This document shows, in pieces, positions 23,952-33,108 of a DNA stretch of 64,000 nucleotides (position 1 is its first letter; every line of letters begins with the position of its first letter). The DNA lies in the NCBI GenBank assembly GCA_965215975.1, contig OZ244136.1, positions 2,965,281 to 3,029,280 of the forward strand, in the 5' to 3' direction. The notes below the pieces were generated by a model, which saw only the letters and a program-made list of their open reading frames with translations, did not search any database and was not told the DNA's origin. The DNA is from Dehalococcoidia bacterium. Lineage in GTDB: Bacteria; Chloroflexota; Dehalococcoidia; Lucifugimonadales; UBA3495. The translations under genes were made by a program, and so were the position numbers.

Positions 23952-26240
23952 CTAACCGGTTAATCCCTCGGCGCGTCTCAAGTCATCAAGCTCCTGGCCG
24001 ATGAAGGCGACATCTTCACCCTCTCCGTTCAGAGCGGCCAAGACCCGCTCGCCTGACAACGGCAGTTCCCGGATTCTCACACCGACGGCATCGTAGATGG
24101 CGTTGGCTATGGCGGCCGGCGGGCCGAAACCAGGTGGTTCCGCCACCGCCCTGGCTCCAAAGGGGCCGTCCTCCGACGGAACCCGAACCATTAAAGTCTC
24201 TAGCTCAGGCAGGTCGAGGGCTAAGGGCATGAGGTACGATGCAAACGACGGATTCCGGATCGCGCCTGTTTCCGAGTCGAACTGCAAGTCCTCCGTAAGG
24301 GCACGCCCAATGCCCTGCACGGCGCCGCCTTCCAATTGACCTTCAACCGCCATGGGATTTATAGCGACTCCAACGTCCTGGCACTGCACGTAGCGGGTCA
24401 GTTTTACTTGACCTGTCTCCCTGTCCACCACGACCTCAGCTGCCTGGGCGCTAAAGACCGGGGCGTAAGGCAAAGTGGACAGGGATGCGTTGCCAACTAC
24501 AGGTCCGGTGCGGGAATTGACGCTCATAGAGGCCAATTGTCCTATGGTGAAGCCCTGTGGGGGATTGTCCTGGACATAAACCCGCCCTTCTGTGCAAACC
24601 AGCGCGTCGTGGGGCACACCCAAGCGGTCCGAAGCAAGAGCCAGCAGCTTGTTGCGGACATCCTCTGCTGCAAGTTCAACCGCTTTCCCCTGGCTGTAGA
24701 CGATACGACTGCCACCGCTGGGCCCGGTGAAGGGAGCCAGGTCCGTGTCCCTGCTAGCGACAATAACCTGGTTGAAACCGATACCCAACGCCTCGGCTGC
24801 TATGGAAGCCAGCGACGTGTCGCTTCCGGAGATGTCCACCGAGCCGGTCAACAGGCTGACTGTACCATCTTCGTTAACGCTTATTGAAGCGGTGGACGGG
24901 CCCGTGCCGCTGCGCCATTCGCACAGAGCAATTCCCACGCCGTGTCCTTCGGGCATTTCCTTGGGCAGCCCCAGTCGTTCCTTTATGGCCATCAGGCATT
25001 CTTCCAGGCCGTTCCTTGGTACTCGCGAACCGTTGACCGCCGTATCTCCTTCCTTGATCGCATTTTTTAGCCGGAATTCCAAAGGATCTATACCGATCTT
25101 GTGGGCAATCATGTCCATGTGCGATTCGACGGCGAACGTCATGTCAGCGACCCCGGAAGCCCGGTAGGAACCGACGTATACTTTGTTTGTGTAGGCCCCA
25201 TATGATCGCAGACGGAAGTTGGGAATGTTGTATGCGCCGAGGCCATGTCCTATGCCGGAGTTGGGCCCGGCGCCCAGGTAGGCACCGACGTCAAAGATGG
25301 TGTAGGCCTCTCTTGCCAAGATTGAGCCGTCTCTGTTCACTCCGGTCTTAAGGTAATTCGTAACGGGATGGCGAGGGCCGTTGAGAGTAAAGACCTCTTC
25401 CCTGGTGTTAATAAGTTTGACCGGGCTTCCCGTTTTCATCGAAAGCAAGGCAGGAAAAGCTTCAAAAGCCAGGCGTAGTTTGGCGCCGAACCCCCCACCG
25501 AGTTCCATAGGGATAATCTTGATGTTTGAGAGGGGCATGTCCAAGACCTGGGCAAGCTGAGCACGCACCTGGTAAGGGCCCTGGGTCGAAGCCCAAACGG
25601 TCAGGCGGCCGTTGGCTTCCACGTTGGCTACGCAGGCCATCGGTTCCAGGAAACCCTGGTTGATGCCCTGAGACCGGAAGGTATCTTCGAAAACAAAGTC
25701 GGCGTCCTCGAAGGCTTTTTCTACGTCTCCTCGGTCCGCATCCAGAAGGGTACAGATATTACCTCCGTCGATGGTGAAGCCGTAGCCTTCAAAGCTCTCC
25801 AGATCAGGATGTACTGTAGGGGATCCTTCTCGAAGGGACGTCAGGGGATCAACCACGGATTCCAGATCCTCGTATTCGACCTGGATCAGACTAATGGCTT
25901 CCTGGGCCGTGATTTCGTCCTCGGCAGCCACCGCAGCCACCGGTTCGCCAATGTAAAAGACTTCGTCCCGGGCCATTATGTAGCGATCCTTCAACGCCCC
26001 GGAGCCAAATCGAATTTCGGGGAAGTCACTTCCGGTTATTACGACGCGAACACCGGGTAATGCCTCTGCCTTTGAGGTATCTATGCTTACTATTCGGGCG
26101 TGACTGCGGGTGCTGGCAAGGATTTTGCATAGCAGCATGCCGGGCAAATAGACATCTCCGGCATAGGTTGCTCGGCCTGTCACCTTTTCCCAAGCATCAA
26201 CCCTGGGATTATTTTGCTCCAGAACCTTGTATGTGGTCAT
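23952..26240 (-). CDS. Xanthine dehydrogenase/aldehyde oxidase family molybdopterin-binding large subunit
   Basis: 762 aa. N-terminal a/b-hammerhead pattern (GRATYAGDV...ARIVSIDTS.A..LPGV), then Moco-binding domains (GGGFG, YRASG). Confidence 0.85.
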   Translation of the reverse strand: MTTYKVLEQNNPRVDAWEKVTGRATYAGDVYLPGMLLCKILASTRSHARIVSIDTSKAEALPGVRVVITGSDFPEIRFGSGALKDRYIMARDEVFYIGEPVAAVAAEDEITAQEAISLIQVEYEDLESVVDPLTSLREGSPTVHPDLESFEGYGFTIDGGNICTLLDADRGDVEKAFEDADFVFEDTFRSQGINQGFLEPMACVANVEANGRLTVWASTQGPYQVRAQLAQVLDMPLSNIKIIPMELGGGFGAKLRLAFEAFPALLSMKTGSPVKLINTREEVFTLNGPRHPVTNYLKTGVNRDGSILAREAYTIFDVGAYLGAGPNSGIGHGLGAYNIPNFRLRSYGAYTNKVYVGSYRASGVADMTFAVESHMDMIAHKIGIDPLEFRLKNAIKEGDTAVNGSRVPRNGLEECLMAIKERLGLPKEMPEGHGVGIALCEWRSGTGPSTASISVNEDGTVSLLTGSVDISGSDTSLASIAAEALGIGFNQVIVASRDTDLAPFTGPSGGSRIVYSQGKAVELAAEDVRNKLLALASDRLGVPHDALVCTEGRVYVQDNPPQGFTIGQLASMSVNSRTGPVVGNASLSTLPYAPVFSAQAAEVVVDRETGQVKLTRYVQCQDVGVAINPMAVEGQLEGGAVQGIGRALTEDLQFDSETGAIRNPSFASYLMPLALDLPELETLMVRVPSEDGPFGARAVAEPPGFGPPAAIANAIYDAVGVRIRELPLSGERVLAALNGEGEDVAFIGQELDDLRRAEGLTG

Positions 26241-26350
26241 TTCGTCAACTCCTGACTAAGGACTGGGAAAGCCATGATTCTCAAAGACCCGGTGAGCTAG
26301 CGGGAAGAGAAGAGCGCTTTCGGGTTGTTCAAAATTCAAGCAGCCCCGAA

Positions 26351-26833
26351 TCAATTCCCGGCGTCTGACATCCTGTCTGCCGCCAACATTATGGCTTCAA
26401 CCACTTTGGTATACCCCGTACAGCGGCAAAGGTTGCCCCCAATAGCAAACTTTACCTCTTCTTCCGATGGTTGGGGTGTTTCGTGGAGCAACCCGGCAGC
26501 GGCCATGATAAGGCCTGGGGTGCAGTACCCGCACTGCAGACCGCCACGTTCAATAAATGCCTGCTGAACGGGATGTAAACTCTCTACTGAACCCAGTCCT
26601 TCAATGGTCGTCACGTCGGAATCCCGGGCACTTAGGGCCAATACCAGGCACGACGTTACGGGCTTGCCGTCCAGAATGACAGTGCAGGCCCCGCAATCCC
26701 CTTCGTCGCAGCCTTTCTTGGTGCCGGTGAGTTGCAGTTCGTCGCGAAGAGTGTCCAATAGCGAGTAGTAGGGCGCAACCAATAACTGTCTTGATCGGCC
26801 ATTTACCGTCAACTGTAGAGGTTTCTTATTCAC
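26351..26833 (-). CDS. (2Fe-2S)-binding small subunit of the molybdenum hydroxylase
   Basis: GTG at 26833 lies 6 nt after the SD AGGAGG and gives 160 aa. Cys motifs [11 protein letters not shown] and CGYCTPG...CRCTGY. The ORF-track start at 26923 would run into the IS element. Confidence 0.85.
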   Translation of the reverse strand: MNKKPLQLTVNGRSRQLLVAPYYSLLDTLRDELQLTGTKKGCDEGDCGACTVILDGKPVTSCLVLALSARDSDVTTIEGLGSVESLHPVQQAFIERGGLQCGYCTPGLIMAAAGLLHETPQPSEEEVKFAIGGNLCRCTGYTKVVEAIMLAADRMSDAGN

Positions 26834-26843
26834 CGAATACCTC

Positions 26844-27947
26844 CTAGTGTCCTGTATCCAAAGTACGTTGGCAAAAGCGGGCAACGTTGGCCAGTATTTG
26901 GTCGGCGGTCTGGGTCCAGACAAAAGGTTGGGGATCTTCGTTGGTGACGTCCAGATAGCGGTAGATGGCAGCCTCCAGTTCGGCGCTGCTCCGATGCACG
27001 CCGCGGCGCAACTGCTTTTCGGTGAGCAGACCGAACCAGCGCTCCACCAGGTTCAGCCAGGAGGCGCTGGTGGGTGTGAAGTGCATATGGAAACGGGGCC
27101 GCTTGGCCAGCCAGTTGCGGATCAGCGCCGTCTTGTGGGTGGCGTAGTTGTCCGCGATCAGGTGGACGTCGAGGTCGGCGGGCACCTCGGCCTCGATGGT
27201 ATCGAGGAATTTGCGGAACTCCACGGCCCGGTGCCGTTGGTGGCAACGACCAATCACCTTGCCGGTCCTGGTGTCCAAGGCGGCGAACAGCGAAGTGGTG
27301 CCGTGACGCAGATAATCCACGTAATCATGGGTGCGCCGTTCCACCTGTCCCGGGCGCATGGGCAATAGCGGACGGGTGCGATCCAACGCCTGGATCTGGG
27401 ACTTCTCGTCCACGCACAGGACCAACGCCCGATCCGGCGGGTTGAGGTATAGCCCCACAACGTCCCTGACCTTCTCGATGAAGAAGGGGTCTGCCGACAA
27501 CTTGAAGGTCTCCGTGCGGTGGGGCTGCAATCCGAAGGCTCGCCAGATGCGGCTGACCGTGTTGTGGCTCAGCCCGCTGCGCTGGGCCATGGACCGGGTG
27601 CTCCAGTGGGTCGCGTCCTTGGGGGTGGTCTCCAGCGTCAGCGTAATCACACGCTCCACGTGGTCATCGGTAACCGCTCGAGGCCGTCCGCTGCGCGGTT
27701 CGTCCGACAGTCCGTCCAGCCTCCGTTCCAGGAACCGGGAACGCCACTTCCCCACCGTCTCATCGGACACTCCCAGGTCGGCGCCCACCGTGGTATTGCT
27801 GCGGCCTTCGGCACAGCCCAAAATCATTCTGGCCCGCAGCGCCAAAGCTTGCGCCGTTTTCGGACGGCGAACCCACCGTACCAGGGCTTCACGCTCCACC
27901 TCATCCAAAATTACCGGCGGCATTGGTCGTCCGATTGCCATGGTCAT
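26844..27947 (-). CDS. IS630-family DDE transposase
   Basis: 367 aa. N-terminal HTH region, then [27 protein letters not shown] and WLNLVERWF (D, D, E positions typical of IS630/Tc1). The last sense codon ends at the element terminus and the TAG stop lies at 26844-26846. Confidence 0.9.
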   Translation of the reverse strand: MTMAIGRPMPPVILDEVEREALVRWVRRPKTAQALALRARMILGCAEGRSNTTVGADLGVSDETVGKWRSRFLERRLDGLSDEPRSGRPRAVTDDHVERVITLTLETTPKDATHWSTRSMAQRSGLSHNTVSRIWRAFGLQPHRTETFKLSADPFFIEKVRDVVGLYLNPPDRALVLCVDEKSQIQALDRTRPLLPMRPGQVERRTHDYVDYLRHGTTSLFAALDTRTGKVIGRCHQRHRAVEFRKFLDTIEAEVPADLDVHLIADNYATHKTALIRNWLAKRPRFHMHFTPTSASWLNLVERWFGLLTEKQLRRGVHRSSAELEAAIYRYLDVTNEDPQPFVWTQTADQILANVARFCQRTLDTGH

Positions 27948-28020
27948 CCTCCTCTGGATTGCTAACCCGGAGGATACCTCATCGTGAATACTATTACAAC
28001 TGACTTCAGTTACACCACAC
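26847..28020 (-). mobile_element. IS630-family insertion sequence (1174 bp) flanked by a TA duplication in a CTAG target
   Basis: Imperfect terminal inverted repeats: GTGTCCTGTATCCAAAGTACG at 26847-26867 versus the reverse complement of 28000-28020, GTGTGGTGTAACTGAAGTCAG (14/21 identical). TA at 26845-26846 and at 28021-28022. Joining the flanks restores ...CCTC-CTAG-AGTG.... One transposase ORF. Confidence 0.75.
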
Positions 28021-28084
28021 TAGAGTGTTTTCAGGTCTATCTAATTTAGTTAGTAGAGACTAGCGGATTGCAAGGGTCTGCGGG

Positions 28085-29008
28085 CTAGAAGGCCGTTTGT
28101 ACTGCCAGTCGCCGCAATTCCTCAAAGGGCATTGCCTGACCGCCGGCAATCCTGAGGGCATATTGAAGAGTCCGTTGGGTAAGGGCCCCAACCATGGCCT
28201 CTCGGTAAGCCGCTGTACCGCGAACGTCGTCAATCGGAGTAGCGGCCTCCTGTGCCAGCGACGCCGCCTCAGCCAGTGATTCCTGGGTCAAGGCTTTACC
28301 CTTTAGGAATTCTTCTGCCGCTTTTGCCCGAAAGGGAATCGGCCCCACCGCGCCCAGGGCAATCCGGGCATCGCGACACGTCCGACTATCACCCTCCAGA
28401 GAAATCACCGAGGCAATGCCAACAGTAGCAATATCCATTGCTCCTCGAGGGCTGTGCTTTATGTAAAGAGACCCCGTATTGGGCAACGGCGTTGGCAAAG
28501 TTAATTCCGTGAGGATTTCGCCTGGTTCGAGCGCGGTGCGGCCAGGTCCCTTGAAGAACTCGGTCAGTGGCAAAGAACGGTTGCCCGCCGAACCGGCGAT
28601 AGTGCACTGCGCGTCGAATGCCAACAGGGCAGGAAGCGTGTCGCCGGCGGGGGATGCGTTGCAGAGATTCCCCCCCACAGTCGCCAGGTTCCTAACCTGC
28701 ACGCCGGCGAAGGATGTGGCGCCGGCAGCCAGCGCCTGGTAACGTCGCCTTACCTGGGGATGGGACTCGATAGCCTGTACCGTTGCCAGGGTTCCAAGCC
28801 TGAGTCCGTTCCCCGAACTGTACGAAACGCGACTCAAACTGGAAATTCCCTTTAGATTGACTACGTGGGATGGTCGCCAGAATCCCTGCCGCCAGCGCAC
28901 CAGAAAATCGGTGCTGCCGGCGACTAGCCTTGCATCTTCCCCATGCCGCTCCAGTAGCGAAATGGCTTGACGAACATTTCTTGCTTCCAGGAAATCGAAC
29001 CTGAGCAT
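28085..29008 (-). CDS. FAD-binding medium subunit of the molybdenum hydroxylase (CoxM/XdhB-like)
   Basis: 307 aa. FAD-binding PCMH-type pattern (ARLVAGSTDFLVRWRQG..., ATVGGNLCNASPAGD). Confidence 0.85.
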   Translation of the reverse strand: MLRFDFLEARNVRQAISLLERHGEDARLVAGSTDFLVRWRQGFWRPSHVVNLKGISSLSRVSYSSGNGLRLGTLATVQAIESHPQVRRRYQALAAGATSFAGVQVRNLATVGGNLCNASPAGDTLPALLAFDAQCTIAGSAGNRSLPLTEFFKGPGRTALEPGEILTELTLPTPLPNTGSLYIKHSPRGAMDIATVGIASVISLEGDSRTCRDARIALGAVGPIPFRAKAAEEFLKGKALTQESLAEAASLAQEAATPIDDVRGTAAYREAMVGALTQRTLQYALRIAGGQAMPFEELRRLAVQTAF

Positions 29009-29340
29009 TGGAAACTCCTGGTACGAAGTTACTAGCCTGTTTCTGAGGGTCCCGTACAGAATATACGGTCTAATTTCGTTTCAGTTGCCGCAATTATATG
29101 GGCCGCTGGAAAACAGGGTCAACAAGAACAGGATCAACAGATGGAAATACGGACACTCTTACCGAGAATACGCACGGTATTTAGTTGGTCTAAGGCCTCT
29201 CTCATCTTGAAGCTATGCGGTTGCTACCGGTTTTGCCTTCTGTTACCCTAACCCGCAATCGGCTACGAGTCCAGTTCCCAAGAGTGTTGCCAAGTTGATG
29301 TGTTCCTGGCCCTTTCCAATGATGATTTTCGAGGAGACAA

Positions 29341-30105
29341 TTGGCACAGGCTCCTGAAGTTCACGTTTCCCTGTTTGTGACCTGCATAGTCGACCAGCTT
29401 TATCCGCAAGTAGGTGTGAGCGTGGTTAATGTGCTGCGCAAGCATGGCGTTGTGGTCGATTTTCCTCAAGACCAGACGTGTTGCGGACAGCCCCTCTACA
29501 ATTCCGGCTTCACTCAATTGGCTCGCCAACTGGCCGAGCGAGTCCTGAACAGTTTTTCCCTGAGTCAGTATGTTGTTGTTCCGTCCGGCTCTTGCGCGGC
29601 CATGCTCAAGGTCTTCTATCGGGAGTTGTTTTCGGGGGAACCTGAGTTGGAAGAAAGGGCGGCCCACCTGTCCGACCGTGTCTATGAATTTTCAGAGTTT
29701 CTCGTAAAGGTTCTTGGAGTGAAGGATTCAGGCGCAACCTTTCCGGCAAAGGCTACTTTCCATTCCAGTTGCCACCTTTTGCGCGAGATGGATGTCAGGG
29801 ATGAACCGCTGCAACTGCTCGATCAGGTGAACGGGTTCGAACTCACTGCTCTGCCTCAGGCAGAAACCTGCTGCGGTTTTGGTGGGACTTTTTCGATCAA
29901 ATATCCCCACATCTCTGAGGGAATGATGGCGGACAAGATTGCCAATGTGCTCTCCACAGATGCTACTACCCTCGTCTCATGTGACATGGGCTGCCTTATG
30001 CACATTGGCGGCGGGTTAAGTCGTCAAGGACTCAATGTGGAGGTCCGACACATTGCCGAAGTCCTGGATGGAGCGGCCGTAGATGGAGGCTCTTCTAGTG
30101 GCTGA
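29341..30105 (+). CDS. lutA: LutA-type (Fe-S) oxidoreductase with two CCG domains
   Basis: VSLFVTCIVDQLYPQVG, QTCCGQP and ETCCGFGG are the typical cysteine-rich CCG motifs. TTG start. Confidence 0.8.
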   Translation: MAQAPEVHVSLFVTCIVDQLYPQVGVSVVNVLRKHGVVVDFPQDQTCCGQPLYNSGFTQLARQLAERVLNSFSLSQYVVVPSGSCAAMLKVFYRELFSGEPELEERAAHLSDRVYEFSEFLVKVLGVKDSGATFPAKATFHSSCHLLREMDVRDEPLQLLDQVNGFELTALPQAETCCGFGGTFSIKYPHISEGMMADKIANVLSTDATTLVSCDMGCLMHIGGGLSRQGLNVEVRHIAEVLDGAAVDGGSSSG

Positions 30106-31555
30106 GATCAAGACCAGGGAATTCGTTTACGCTTCGGGTGCCGCAATGCAGGACGAGAGTCTGCAACGGGCGCTACGACAGGTAGGCGGCGGCTTCAATG
30201 ATGCCCGGCTGGATGCTATCGATGAAGTAAGTTGGGAAGCTTGGGAAGAGTGGCGCGAAGAAGCGCGCCGGATTAAGATTCACACCCTTGACCACCTGGA
30301 TTATTACCTGGAACTATTGCACGAACGGGTCACGCAAGCTGGCGGACAGGTTCACTTTGCTAACGATTCTGCCCATGCCAATGCCATAGTCGCAGAAATA
30401 GCGCGGTCCAGGCAGGTTAAGATCGCTACAAAGAGCAAGTCCATGGTATCGGAAGAGTTGGATCTGAACCGTGCCCTGGAAGCCAGCGGAATAGACGTTT
30501 ACGAGACCGACCTGGGTGAATATATCATCCAATTAGCCGGGGAAACCCCGTCCCATCTGGTAGCCCCTGCCCTCCACAAGACCAAGGAACAGGTGTCGGA
30601 GCTTTTCCACGACAAGCTGGGCGTCCCGCTCACCGACGACATTGAGGAAATGGCCCGTGTGGCGCGGCACACACTTCGTGAGAAGTTCCTCAACGCCGAT
30701 CTGGGTATCAGCGGGGCGAATTTCCTGGTGGCCGAAACCGGTTCTCTGGTCATAATAACCAATGAGGGCAACGGCCGCCTCTGCACTTCGGCTCCCCGCA
30801 TTCATATCGGGATTACCGGGATGGAGAAGGTGATTCCATCGGTTCAAGACCTTGCAGTATTTCTTCGCCTGCTGCCCCGATCCGCTACCGGTCAACGGTT
30901 GACGAGCTATGTCAGCATGGTTACGGGTCCCCGGCGGCCGGAGGACGAGGACGGCCCCGAAGAGTTCCACCTGGTGTTGGTGGACAACGGCCGCTCTCGG
31001 CTGCTTGCCGATCCGGAGTTGCGAGAGGCCCTTTACTGTATCCGCTGCGGGGCTTGCCTGAACATCTGCCCGGTGTATGGTAAGATCGGCGGCCACGCCT
31101 ATGGCTGGGTTTATCCTGGCCCCATCGGGGCTATTGTTTCACCCATGCTTGTTGGTCTAAAAGAGGCTAAGGACCTTCCCCAAGCCTCCAGCCTTTGTGG
31201 CGCGTGCCGCGAGGTTTGTCCGATAAAGATAAATATCCCGCGCATGTTGCTTCACCTGCGTCACAAGATCGCGGAGAGCCCGGACGAGTCCGAAATCTCG
31301 GCCACTACCAGCGAGAAGCAGGCCGCCCAGGGTTATGCCTGGCTGATGAGCAATCCCTCTGCTCTGTCTGTCGCCAGCAAGGTAGGTCGGCTGGTTCAAA
31401 CACCTTTTGTTTCCGACGGGAAAGTAACAAAAAGGGTATCCCTTCCGCTGGTTTCCAGGTGGACTGCGGGGCGTGATTTGCCTGCGCTCCCCAAGCAAAC
31501 ATTTCGGGATATCTGGTCGAAAGAGCTTGAAAATAAAGCTCAGAGCGGGAACTAA
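30083..31555 (+). CDS. lutB: LutB-type iron-sulfur protein
   Basis: LUD-like domain plus two 4Fe-4S motifs (CIRCGACLNICPVY, CGACREVCPIKI). Overlaps the lutA 3' end; the in-frame GTG at 30098 is an alternative start. Confidence 0.85.
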   Translation: MEALLVAEIKTREFVYASGAAMQDESLQRALRQVGGGFNDARLDAIDEVSWEAWEEWREEARRIKIHTLDHLDYYLELLHERVTQAGGQVHFANDSAHANAIVAEIARSRQVKIATKSKSMVSEELDLNRALEASGIDVYETDLGEYIIQLAGETPSHLVAPALHKTKEQVSELFHDKLGVPLTDDIEEMARVARHTLREKFLNADLGISGANFLVAETGSLVIITNEGNGRLCTSAPRIHIGITGMEKVIPSVQDLAVFLRLLPRSATGQRLTSYVSMVTGPRRPEDEDGPEEFHLVLVDNGRSRLLADPELREALYCIRCGACLNICPVYGKIGGHAYGWVYPGPIGAIVSPMLVGLKEAKDLPQASSLCGACREVCPIKINIPRMLLHLRHKIAESPDESEISATTSEKQAAQGYAWLMSNPSALSVASKVGRLVQTPFVSDGKVTKRVSLPLVSRWTAGRDLPALPKQTFRDIWSKELENKAQSGN

Positions 31556-31566
31556 AGGCGCTTCTG

Positions 31567-32325
31567 GTGGATGATCAAAAAAATTCAACGCTGGGGGTAC
31601 CCAAGGACGAGTTCCTAGCCCATGTCCGCCATGCCCTGGGCAGGCAGGAATCGTCTGAACCCGAGGTTCCGTACCACCGACTGACCGAGAGTTTGGCGGA
31701 TTTGGAGGCCCAGGCGGCGGCCGCGAGGGGGCGAATTTCTGCAGAATCAAGTGCGCTCTTGGAACGGTTTGCCGAGACAGCCCAACTGCGGAGTTGGAAC
31801 CTTTTTCGCACGACAAGTTCGGAGGAAGCAATAGGTTTTATCGTCGAACTGGCCCAGAGGCTGGACGTTGCTCAAATTGCAAGATCAGACCAGCTCGTAT
31901 TCGCGGATCTGCCAATCGACCCGGCCTTGTTAAGCCAGGGAATTGAGTCAGTCATTGTTGCTCAAAACGATGACAATCCCCGTCAGCAACTTCGGAATCA
32001 AATTGTTGGGTCTGGGATTGGGTTAACTGGCGCCGACTACGCCGTGGCCGAGACTGGTTCAGTGGTAGTAATGCCACGTAAAGGTTTGAGCAGGCTGGTT
32101 TCCCTGGTGCCACCAGTGCATGTTGCCGTGGTGAGGGTTGAGGACTTGGTTGATACCTTGGATGACGTGTTCTTATTCCGACGCCTCGAATATCACCGGA
32201 ACGGCGGGGATATGGGCAGTTACCTGAATTTCATTTCCGGTCCCAGCCGCACTGCCGATATCGAAATGAAGCTGGTGGTGGGGGTTCACGGTCCCAGGGA
32301 AGTCCATTTGGTTCTGCTCGGTTAG
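31567..32325 (+). CDS. lutC: LutC-type LUD-domain protein
   Basis: 252 aa. C-terminal SGPSRTADIE...GVHGPREVHLVLL is typical of LutC/YkgG. Confidence 0.8.
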   Translation: MDDQKNSTLGVPKDEFLAHVRHALGRQESSEPEVPYHRLTESLADLEAQAAAARGRISAESSALLERFAETAQLRSWNLFRTTSSEEAIGFIVELAQRLDVAQIARSDQLVFADLPIDPALLSQGIESVIVAQNDDNPRQQLRNQIVGSGIGLTGADYAVAETGSVVVMPRKGLSRLVSLVPPVHVAVVRVEDLVDTLDDVFLFRRLEYHRNGGDMGSYLNFISGPSRTADIEMKLVVGVHGPREVHLVLLG

Positions 32326-32362
32326 AGTACCACTTCAAAGAAGGAGCCCCGGAGGCTATTAG

Positions 32363-32707
32363 ATGCCTGTCAGGATAGGATTCAGCCAGTTCCGCAAGCA
32401 AATGCTGGAGAAGGAACTCGAAAATATCATGGGTCTTTTGCCTCAATTGGGCGTGGGAAAAGTCTATTTAACCGGGGACATGGTTAGCGGAGACATCTCG
32501 CCCGACAGCAGGATTGACCTTGTAGTAGTTCATGACACCGATGCGACTTTCGGGCGGAGGGAAGACTTCTTTTCATACCACTTGAGCAGCATGGTTTCCG
32601 TGGACTGCCAGGTCTACACGCCGGAAGAATTCGAGCAATTGGCTCACACACTTCCGGCGCTCATAGCCACATTAAAGCATGGACGGGAGATTTTCAGTGC
32701 CGAATAA
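32363..32707 (+). CDS. Minimal nucleotidyltransferase (MNT), antitoxin-like partner of HEPN
   Basis: 114 aa. Pol-beta NTase motif [20 protein letters not shown] followed by VDCQVYT. Confidence 0.8.
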   Translation: MPVRIGFSQFRKQMLEKELENIMGLLPQLGVGKVYLTGDMVSGDISPDSRIDLVVVHDTDATFGRREDFFSYHLSSMVSVDCQVYTPEEFEQLAHTLPALIATLKHGREIFSAE

Positions 32708-33098
32708 CTTGGCCGAAGGGGCTCGCTGGCTGCGCCAAGCCGAACAAGACCTGCTGGATGCCCAATACAACCGGGAAGGAGGTCGCTTCAACCTGGCTTG
32801 CTTCCTGTGCCAGCAGGCGGCTGAAAAGGCCGTAAAAGCATACTTGTACCATCGCGGAGCTGAGGATGTATGGGGCCACTCGCTGATCGATCTTTGCGAA
32901 GACGCCAAGTTATTTGAGATGTTTTTCGACACCGTGAAGAGTGAGGCCCGCCAACTGGACAAGTACTTTGAGATCACTCGTTATCCTGGTTTTCTGCCCG
33001 GCGGAATTTGCTCCGAAGCTTTTGAAGACCTGGATGCTGAACGCGCCCTATTTTTGGGCAACACTGTCGTCGACTTCGTCAAGGAACGATTGGGCTAA
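32679..33098 (+). CDS. HEPN domain protein (toxin-like partner of MNT)
   Basis: 139 aa. [18 protein letters not shown]...[18 protein letters not shown]...GHSL..L...[11 protein letters not shown] is a classical HEPN pattern. Overlaps the MNT gene by 29 nt, or by 11 nt if the GTG at 32697 is used. Confidence 0.8.
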   Translation: MDGRFSVPNNLAEGARWLRQAEQDLLDAQYNREGGRFNLACFLCQQAAEKAVKAYLYHRGAEDVWGHSLIDLCEDAKLFEMFFDTVKSEARQLDKYFEITRYPGFLPGGICSEAFEDLDAERALFLGNTVVDFVKERLG

Positions 33099-33108
33099 TA
33101 ATCACAGT

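Noticed and set aside
26830-27987. Additional ORFs inside the IS element (26830-27246 minus, 26847-27368 plus, 27331-27987 plus, 27519-27965 plus)
   Set aside because: They are alternative-frame or antisense ORFs overlapping the intact 367-aa IS630 transposase ORF. There is no sign that a frameshift is needed.
23745-28022. Genomic island integrated at tRNA-Sec
   Set aside because: tRNA genes are common integration sites and an IS lies 3 kb away. However, there is no integrase and I saw no direct repeat of the tRNA 3' end. The intervening genes are an ordinary metabolic operon on the opposite strand.
23952-29008. Possible aerobic CO dehydrogenase (coxMSL) operon
   Set aside because: The subunit architecture fits. 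However, I could not find the form I active-site loop (VAYRCSFR-type) or the form II AYRGAGR-type loop; the corresponding region reads GSYRASGV. I therefore call it only a generic xanthine dehydrogenase-family molybdenum hydroxylase.
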